From contig CAZOBL010000002.1 of assembly GCA_964578185.1 (NCBI GenBank), positions 15,007-69,708 on the forward strand: 54,702 nucleotides of DNA, read 5' to 3'. Numbering within the stretch: position 1 is the stretch's first letter; the number at the start of each line of letters is the position of its first letter. Of the stretch, positions 46,223 through 52,150 are shown in pieces. Source of the DNA: an uncultured Thermoplasmatales archaeon. GTDB lineage: Archaea > Thermoplasmatota > E2 > DHVEG-1. The notes under the pieces were generated by a model, which saw only the letters and a program-made list of their open reading frames with translations, was not told where the DNA came from and made no database searches. The translations under genes were made by a program, and so were the position numbers.

Positions 46223-46273
46223 TATCAGTCGCATGCGACATTAGAATTTACCAGCCGACAATGCGACAGTACC
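46223..46273 (+). promoter_or_regulatory. Copy 2 of the 51-nt element; contains a perfect 12-bp palindrome GTCGCATGCGAC and a second ATGCGAC half-site 28 nt downstream
   Basis: TATCAGTCGCATGCGACATTAGAATTTACCAGCCGACAATGCGACAGTACC. The palindrome is at 46228-46239 and the second ATGCGAC at 46261-46267. It sits about 20 nt upstream of the TATA-like box of the DUF134 operon. Confidence 0.6.
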
Positions 46274-46284
46274 CCAAATTTAGC

Positions 46285-46300
46285 GAAAACTATTTATAAT
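46285..46300 (+). promoter_or_regulatory. Putative archaeal BRE/TATA promoter of the DUF134 operon
   Basis: CGAAAAC followed by TATTTATAAT, about 40 nt upstream of ATG 46338. AGGATG lies in the predicted short leader. Confidence 0.35.
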
Positions 46301-46337
46301 ATGTCTCATATGAGTAATATATTAGGATGTAATTTAC

Positions 46338-46664
46338 ATGCCTGGACATGGTCGCAGACGCGGAAGATGCCGTGGAAGAAGACGTGGTAGAAGATGGATA
46401 GAACAACCCTTTGAACCACAACGTTTTCAACCACAATATGGTCAAAACCCTCAGAAACAAATAATTCTAACAATAGAAGAACTGGAAATTCTGCGGTTAA
46501 TAGAACTAGAAGGACTTACGCAGGAAGAAGCAGCAGCCATGATGGGTGTTTCCAGGAAAACACTATGGAAGGATTTGCACAAAGCACGTAAAAAAATTGC
46601 AGAAGCACTAGTAAATGGTTACACGATCCATGTCAAAGGTGGGGATTATATCCAAAGGAAATAA
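46338..46664 (+). CDS. DUF134 (UPF0251) family predicted DNA-binding protein with an arginine-rich N-terminus
   Basis: LTIEELEILRLIELEGLTQEEAAAMMGVSRKTLWKDLHKARKKIAEAL is the sigma-70 region-4-like HTH typical of DUF134. N-terminus is MPGHGRRRGRCRGRRRGRRW. Confidence 0.85.
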   Translation: MPGHGRRRGRCRGRRRGRRWIEQPFEPQRFQPQYGQNPQKQIILTIEELEILRLIELEGLTQEEAAAMMGVSRKTLWKDLHKARKKIAEALVNGYTIHVKGGDYIQRK

Positions 46665-46686
46665 AAATATATGAGGTGAAAAAAAT

Positions 46687-47055
46687 ATGCCAGGTGGAGA
46701 TAGAACAGGCCCTGAAGGATTTGGTCCAAGAACAGGTCGAGCACTAGGATATTGCAGTGGTTACGATAGCCCAGGTTACACTAAAGGTGCCCCTCGTGGT
46801 GGACGAGGATACGGCCGTGGCTGGGGCCGAGGCTTCGGACGCGGTTTTGGACGTGGTCGAGGCTTTTGGCGTAGAGGATACTACCCTGAGCCATACCATG
46901 AACCAGCACCAAGTTACAGACCAGCATATCCTCAACCCACTAGAGATGAAGAAAAAAAATATCTAGAGGATATGATCAAAAACCTTGAAGAAGAACTAAA
47001 ATCTATGAAAGACCGTCTTCAGGAACTAAATAAAGAAAAAAAATCTCCTGAATAA
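46687..47055 (+). CDS. DUF5320 family protein (Gly/Arg-rich N-terminal half, C-terminal coiled coil)
   Basis: MPGGDRTGPEGFGPRTGRALGYCSG..., RGG/RGF run GRGYGRGWGRGFGRGFGRGRGFWRRGYY, then EEKKYLEDMIKNLEEELKSMKDRLQELNKEK. Confidence 0.8.
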   Translation: MPGGDRTGPEGFGPRTGRALGYCSGYDSPGYTKGAPRGGRGYGRGWGRGFGRGFGRGRGFWRRGYYPEPYHEPAPSYRPAYPQPTRDEEKKYLEDMIKNLEEELKSMKDRLQELNKEKKSPE

Positions 47056-47138
47056 AAAAAGGAGATTTTTCTCTATCATATTTTTTATAATGTATATCTG
47101 CATTCCAAGCTAAGACTTCAAAAAAAGATGTGATTTAT

Positions 47139-47954
47139 ATGATTCAAAAGCAGAAAAAACAACCAAATGTTAAAAAAAACCTAGAAAAAGTTAAACATAA
47201 AATAGTGGTTTTAAGTGGAAAAGGCGGGGTAGGTAAAAGCACTGTTGCCGCAAATCTTGCGGTAACATTATCCGCTAAAGGTTACAAGGTAGGTTTACTA
47301 GACAGTGACCTACACGGTCCAAGCATCCCCAAAATTGTAGGTATCGAAGATGAAAAAGTACGACCTTCAAAAAATGGTATATCACCTGTTTTAACTCATA
47401 ACGATCTGAAAGTAATGTCTATGGGTTTACTCTTAGAAGATCGCGATTCTCCAGTGATCTGGCGTGGACCTATGAAGATGGGTGCTATACGTCAACTACT
47501 TGGAGAGGTAGATTGGGGTGAACTGGATTTTTTAATAATCGATTTGCCCCCTGGAACGGGTGATGAACCACTTAGTATCGCTCAACTTATAGATGATATA
47601 TCAGGCGCGATTGTTGTTACAACTCCTCAGGATGTTGCAATAGTAAGTGTAAGAAAAAGTATTAATTTCGTGAAGAAACTAAACATGAATTTACTTGGTG
47701 TTGTAGAAAACATGAGTGGTTTTACATGTCCAAATTGTGGTAAAAAAGTAGATATTTTTAAGACAGGTGGCGGTAAAAAGGCAGCTGAGGATTTTAAGAT
47801 ACCATATCTAGGAAGCATTCCTCTTGACCCGGAAATTGTACAAACAGGGGACTCGGGAAATAGTTTTATGGCAAAAAACAAGGATAAAAATACTGCTGAC
47901 TCTTTTAACAGGATTGTTAAAAATATTGAAGAAGTTTTAGGAGGTGAAAAATAA
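47139..47954 (+). CDS. Mrp/NBP35 (ApbC) family iron-sulfur cluster carrier ATPase
   Basis: Deviant Walker A VLSGKGGVGKST, DLPPGTGDE, and CPNCGKKVDIF (CxxC cluster-bridging motif). The ORF opens at GTG 47130. Confidence 0.88.
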   Translation: MIQKQKKQPNVKKNLEKVKHKIVVLSGKGGVGKSTVAANLAVTLSAKGYKVGLLDSDLHGPSIPKIVGIEDEKVRPSKNGISPVLTHNDLKVMSMGLLLEDRDSPVIWRGPMKMGAIRQLLGEVDWGELDFLIIDLPPGTGDEPLSIAQLIDDISGAIVVTTPQDVAIVSVRKSINFVKKLNMNLLGVVENMSGFTCPNCGKKVDIFKTGGGKKAAEDFKIPYLGSIPLDPEIVQTGDSGNSFMAKNKDKNTADSFNRIVKNIEEVLGGEK

Positions 47955-47957
47955 ATT

Positions 47958-48191
47958 ATGCCTGGTGGAGATGGAACTGGTCCTGATGGTAGCGGTCCTG
48001 TAGCAGGCCGTGGCCGAGGCCGAGGGCAAGGCCACCGTAGCGGCGGTCGTGGACTTGGTGGTGGAACTGCTGCGGGTCCAGGTGGTGAATGCCGCTGTCC
48101 AAATTGCGGTCATCGTGAACCACATCAGCTTGGTCAGCCTTGTTACTCGAAAAAATGTCCTAAATGCGGCGCTCCGATGACAAGAGCATGA
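47958..48191 (+). CDS. Small DUF5320-like protein with C-terminal CxxC...CxxC zinc-ribbon
   Basis: MPGGDGTGPDGSGPVAGRGRGRGQG shares its N-terminal motif with 46687. CRCPNCGHREPHQLGQPCYSKKCPKCGAPM. GGAGGTGA lies 10 nt upstream. Confidence 0.75.
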   Translation: MPGGDGTGPDGSGPVAGRGRGRGQGHRSGGRGLGGGTAAGPGGECRCPNCGHREPHQLGQPCYSKKCPKCGAPMTRA

Positions 48192-48271
48192 TAAAAATTA
48201 AATAACCCTTGTAAATAAAAAAAAGACGAAGATTTATATATGATATATATGTGAAGGTGATTGGCTTTATT

Positions 48272-48655
48272 ATGAAAATATGTGTTTCATCGAAAGGAGA
48301 TAATTTAGATGCAGAGGTAGATCCACGTTTTGGTCGTTGTAAATATTTTTTGATTATTGACCCAGATTCTTGGGATTTTGAATCAGTTGACAATGAAAGT
48401 GTTATGGCTAGTGGTGGAGCAGGAATTCAAGCAGCGCAAAATGTTGCAGATAAAGGATGTAGTATTGCAATTACTGGTAATATGGGTCCTAATGCTTTTA
48501 GAACTCTTGAAGCTGCAGGTATTGACGTGTATACTGGTGCAAGTGGAACAGTAAAGGATGCAGTTGAAAGTTTTAAAAAAGGTGAACTTAAAAAATCAGA
48601 AAACCCTACCGTTGGGGGTCATCATGGTATGGGTAGAATGTCTGGAGGTAGATAA
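48272..48655 (+). CDS. NifX/NifB-C-terminal-like (dinitrogenase FeMo-cofactor biosynthesis domain, Nitro_FeMo-Co) protein 1
   Basis: MKICVSSKGDNLDAEVDPRFGRCKYFLIID...GAGIQAAQNVADKGCSIAITGNMGPNAFRTLEAAGIDVY. ATG 48272 is preferred to GTG 48251; GGTGAT lies 10 nt upstream. Confidence 0.82.
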   Translation: MKICVSSKGDNLDAEVDPRFGRCKYFLIIDPDSWDFESVDNESVMASGGAGIQAAQNVADKGCSIAITGNMGPNAFRTLEAAGIDVYTGASGTVKDAVESFKKGELKKSENPTVGGHHGMGRMSGGR

Positions 48656-48659
48656 AAAA

Positions 48660-49046
48660 ATGAAAATTGGTATACCCTCGCAGGGTGATAGAGGTTTAGA
48701 GGAAAAAGTTGGTGCACATTTTGGACGCGTCCCAACATATACTATTGTTGATTTAGAGTCAAATGATGTTAAAGTTGTTCCAAATACAAGTCATCATATG
48801 GGTGGTAGTGGTGATCCACCTGAGATTATGAAAAAAGAAGGGGTATGCGCTATGGTATGTCAAGGTCTTGGACGCCGAGCTATCAGTCTTTTTGAACAAA
48901 TTGGAATAGATGTATATATAGGGGCAACAGGTACAGTCAAAGATGCAGTTGATGCTTTTAAAAATGATAAACTTCAGAAAGCAAATGAGGGCAACGCCTG
49001 TCAACAGCATGCTTTTCGTGGTCAAGGAAAACATCATCATCATTAG
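48660..49046 (+). CDS. NifX/NifB-C-terminal-like protein 2, with a natural C-terminal His4 tail
   Basis: MKIGIPSQGDRGLEEKVGAHFGRVPTYTIVD...MVCQGLGRRAISLFEQIGIDVY...GKHHHH-stop. Internal ATG 48660 is chosen because the longer ORF overlaps the upstream gene. Confidence 0.82.
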   Translation: MKIGIPSQGDRGLEEKVGAHFGRVPTYTIVDLESNDVKVVPNTSHHMGGSGDPPEIMKKEGVCAMVCQGLGRRAISLFEQIGIDVYIGATGTVKDAVDAFKNDKLQKANEGNACQQHAFRGQGKHHHH

Positions 49047-49089
49047 AGAAATCCAGCATAAAATAATTCTTTATTTTTTTGGGATTTAT

Positions 49090-49953
49090 ATGAAAACACA
49101 TCTAGATTGCATACCTTGTTTTGTAAAACAGTCTCTTGAAGCTGCACGTATGGCTTCAGATGATCCATGTGTTCAGGAAAAAGTTTTAAAAGAGGTTATG
49201 AAACATCTTCAAAGCATTTCTTTTGAAGACTCTCCACCAGAACTCTCCAGAGAAGTTCATCGCATTATTAGAGATATTACCAACAATAATGATCCTTATA
49301 AAAAAGTTAAAAATGAGTCAAATGAGAAAATAAAAAAAATTTTTAACCATCTAAAAAAACAAGTATCTGAGTCAGATGACCCGCTTTTAACAGCTATTAA
49401 ACTTGCTATTGTGGGAAACGTTATTGATTTTGGAACAATGAACCGTTTTAATGTTGATGAAATGATAGAGCATGCTCTTGAGCGTGATTTTGATGATAGA
49501 GATTACCCTCTTTTTAAAAACACTCTTAAAGATGCGGAAACTGTTCTTTTTTTAGCGGATAACACAGGGGAGATTTTTTTTGATAAACTCCTCTTAGAAA
49601 AACTAGAAAAAAGGGGTAAAACTATTACCTATGTTGTAAAACAAAACCCGATTATAAATGATGCATTACTTTATGATGTAGAGTATGCGGGTATTGACAA
49701 AATTGCAGATGTAATAACTTATGACAACGGTCAGACAATTTCAACACCGGGTATTGTAATGAATTACGCATCAGATGAGTTTAAAAAAGAATTTAATGAA
49801 TCTGATATGGTACTATCTAAAGGTCAGGGCAACTATGAAGGTTTAAGTGATGTAGATCGTCGTGTGTTTTTTTTACTTGTTGCAAAATGCCCGCTTGTAG
49901 CCAAGGATATCGGCTCAAATGTAGGTAAACTTATATTGAAGGTGAATAAATGA
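49090..49953 (+). CDS. DUF89 (ARMT1-like, damage-control phosphatase family) protein
   Basis: MKTHLDCIPCFVKQSLEAAR..., DPYKKVK, FLADNTGEIFFDKLL, SKGQGNYEGL. ATG 49090 is chosen over the overlapping upstream extension. Confidence 0.8.
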   Translation: MKTHLDCIPCFVKQSLEAARMASDDPCVQEKVLKEVMKHLQSISFEDSPPELSREVHRIIRDITNNNDPYKKVKNESNEKIKKIFNHLKKQVSESDDPLLTAIKLAIVGNVIDFGTMNRFNVDEMIEHALERDFDDRDYPLFKNTLKDAETVLFLADNTGEIFFDKLLLEKLEKRGKTITYVVKQNPIINDALLYDVEYAGIDKIADVITYDNGQTISTPGIVMNYASDEFKKEFNESDMVLSKGQGNYEGLSDVDRRVFFLLVAKCPLVAKDIGSNVGKLILKVNK

Positions 49954-50783
49954 TTATATCTATTGCAAGTGGAAAGGGTGGCACGGGTAAAACAACGGTT
50001 GCTACAAACCTTGCACTGTGCTTGGATAAAGCGCAGTTTTTTGATTGTGATGTTGAAGAACCCAATTCAAATATTTTTCTAAATGCAGAAATTGACAACG
50101 TTGAAAATGTTTCATCTGACATACCAGAAATCGATAAGAATAAATGCACTTTTTGTGGTAGATGTGCAGAATTCTGCCGCTATAACGCTCTTGCTGTTGT
50201 AAAAGAAAATGTTGTAGTGTTCCCAGAGCTTTGTCATTCATGCAGGGGATGTCAAATTGTGTGTCCTGAGGATGCCGTGGGTTTTAAACCACGTTTCTTA
50301 GGAAAAATCGAATCAGGAAAATCTGGTAAAATTGATTTTTATCAGGGTGTTTTAAATGTTGCAGAAATCCAGGCAGTACCAGTTATAAAAGCGCTTAAGA
50401 AAAAAATAAGATCTGACCGGGATGTCATTCTGGATGCACCCGCAGGTAACTCCTGTCCAATGGTTGAAACCGTAATAGATACTGACTACTGCATTCTTGT
50501 CACTGAGGCCACTCCTTTTGGTCTTAACGATTTAAAAATCGCTGTTGAAATACTGCGTGATTTAAAAATTCCAATGGGTGTTATTATAAACCGTGATGGA
50601 ACAGGATACAAAGATGTTGAAGTTTTTTGCACAAATGAACATATCCCTATTATTTTAAAAATACCATATGATGAAAAAATCGCAAAATTATATTCCAGAG
50701 GTATTCCTTTTGTAAAAAGGATGCCTGTGTGGTGTAAAAAATTTTTAGAGGTATACAACAAGATTTCCAAGGAGGTGAAATAA
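49950..50783 (+). CDS. MinD/CooC-type P-loop ATPase with inserted 2x[4Fe-4S] ferredoxin domain (COG1149-like), copy 1
   Basis: IASGKGGTGKTTVATNLA, CTFCGRCAEFCRYNAL, CHSCRGCQIVCPEDAV, ILDAPAG. The start overlaps the DUF89 stop (ATGA). Confidence 0.85.
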   Translation: MIISIASGKGGTGKTTVATNLALCLDKAQFFDCDVEEPNSNIFLNAEIDNVENVSSDIPEIDKNKCTFCGRCAEFCRYNALAVVKENVVVFPELCHSCRGCQIVCPEDAVGFKPRFLGKIESGKSGKIDFYQGVLNVAEIQAVPVIKALKKKIRSDRDVILDAPAGNSCPMVETVIDTDYCILVTEATPFGLNDLKIAVEILRDLKIPMGVIINRDGTGYKDVEVFCTNEHIPIILKIPYDEKIAKLYSRGIPFVKRMPVWCKKFLEVYNKISKEVK

Positions 50784-51650
50784 ATCAAAGAGTTAACATT
50801 GATAAGCGGTAAAGGTGGTACAGGTAAAACTAGTATAACCGGTTGTTTTGCATCACTTGCACGAAACTCAGTTCTTGCAGATTGTGATGTAGACGCTGCA
50901 AATCTTCACCTGATTCTGCATCCAGATATTAAAAAAACAATTGGTTTTCATGGTTTAGATATTGCATCTGTAGATTCTGACAAATGCAAGCGGTGTGGAG
51001 AATGTGTGAAACATTGTCAGTTTGATGCAATTGATGAAAATATAAATATTATTAAAAGCAACTGTGAAGGCTGCGGTGTATGTGAACTTGTATGCCCACA
51101 TGATGCAATATCTATGGTGAAACGCAATTCTGGTTTTTTATATATTTCAGATACACGTTTTGGACCTATGGTTCATGCTCGTTTGACCCCTGGTGAGGAA
51201 GCATCGGGTAAACTTATAACTTTAGTTCGTAAAAATGCAAATAAAATTGCTGTGGATACAAACAAAGACTATGTTATTGTAGACGGTCCCCCTGGTATAG
51301 GCTGTCCTGTAATTTCTTCTATTACAGGTGTAGATATGGTGTTAGCGGTAACTGAGCCTACTATGTCTGCAGTGCATGACCTTGAAAGAGTACTCGGAGT
51401 AGCAATTCACTTTCAGATACCTGCAATGGTATGTATTAATAAATATGATTTAAATAAAGAAAACACTCAAAAAATTGAACAATATTGTACTAAACAAGAC
51501 ATACCTGTTATTGGAAAAATCAAATACGACAAAGTTTTTACAGATGCAATGGTAGATGGTAGAAATGTGGTTGAATATTCACCTGATTGTGAGGTTTCAA
51601 TTAAAATAAAAAAAATGTGGGATGAAGTTAAAAAAAATTTAGAAAAGTAA
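50784..51650 (+). CDS. MinD/CooC-type P-loop ATPase with inserted ferredoxin domain, copy 2 (start uncertain: ATC 50784 or TTG 50799)
   Basis: (IKELTL)ISGKGGTGKTSITGCFA, CKRCGECVKHCQFDAI, CEGCGVCELVCPHDAI, VDGPPGIGCP. GGAGGTGA at 50771-50778. Confidence 0.82.
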   Translation: MKELTLISGKGGTGKTSITGCFASLARNSVLADCDVDAANLHLILHPDIKKTIGFHGLDIASVDSDKCKRCGECVKHCQFDAIDENINIIKSNCEGCGVCELVCPHDAISMVKRNSGFLYISDTRFGPMVHARLTPGEEASGKLITLVRKNANKIAVDTNKDYVIVDGPPGIGCPVISSITGVDMVLAVTEPTMSAVHDLERVLGVAIHFQIPAMVCINKYDLNKENTQKIEQYCTKQDIPVIGKIKYDKVFTDAMVDGRNVVEYSPDCEVSIKIKKMWDEVKKNLEK

Positions 51651-51679
51651 AGAAGATATACAACTAGGTTGGATTATAT

Positions 51680-52018
51680 ATGAAACATGTTCATTATACT
51701 GATGTTGAGTTAGAAACACCAGATGAAAAAGGATTAAAAGATGTAAAACTACGCTGGCTTATAAGTAAAAAAGATGGTGCTGAAAACTTTGCAATGAGGC
51801 TTTTTGAAGTAAAACCCGGTGGATATACACCACTTCATCAACATGAATGGGAACATGAAGTATTTATCCTAGAAGGCAGGGGGGTTACAAAAACAAAAGA
51901 ACAAGAAGAAGCATTCAAAGAAGGTGACGTATTATTTGTACCATCAATGCAATACCATCAATTTGTAAACACCGGTAAAAAAACTTTAAAATTCCTGTGT
52001 TTAATACCATACAAATAA
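51680..52018 (+). CDS. Cupin domain protein
   Basis: GGYTPLHQHEWEHEVFILEGRG ... VLFVPSMQYHQFVNTG (cupin motifs 1 and 2). 112 aa. Confidence 0.8.
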   Translation: MKHVHYTDVELETPDEKGLKDVKLRWLISKKDGAENFAMRLFEVKPGGYTPLHQHEWEHEVFILEGRGVTKTKEQEEAFKEGDVLFVPSMQYHQFVNTGKKTLKFLCLIPYK

Positions 52019-52150
52019 AAAGACGTTACATATTTTCCTTGATATTATATATTTTTAAAAAATTCTGCGCTTATAAATAATAGGGTTTTCAAAGGAAATC
52101 ATTATAAATACTAATTATATTTATTTTGTTAACAAAAACCACGAGGGGAT

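Noticed and set aside
44409-46273. The two 51-nt direct repeats as boundaries of a mobile cassette or integration (att) sites around gene 44535-46145
   Set aside because: No integrase, transposase or target-site duplication is nearby. Both copies sit at the same distance class upstream of TATA boxes, which favours a promoter-associated operator. This alternative is not fully excluded without genome-wide copy data.
46744-46966. Two overlapping ORFs (63 aa minus strand, 69 aa plus strand) inside the DUF5320 gene
   Set aside because: They are artefacts of the locally GC-rich Gly/Arg-coding tract, which lacks stops in several frames. The DUF5320 frame has the conserved MPGGD..TGP N-terminus and coiled-coil tail.
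48558-48659. N-terminal extensions of the second NifX-like ORF (48558) and of the DUF89 ORF (48943-49089)
   Set aside because: The extensions overlap the preceding genes in another frame and translate to non-conserved sequence. The internal ATGs at 48660 and 49090 give the family-typical N-termini MKIGIP.. and MKTHLDCIPC...
46338-52018. Interpreting the NifX-like and CooC/MinD-like genes as a nitrogen-fixation (nif) cluster
   Set aside because: No nifH/D/K/E/N or NifB radical SAM core is present. NifX-type domains and MinD-ferredoxin ATPases are widespread in non-diazotrophic anaerobes.
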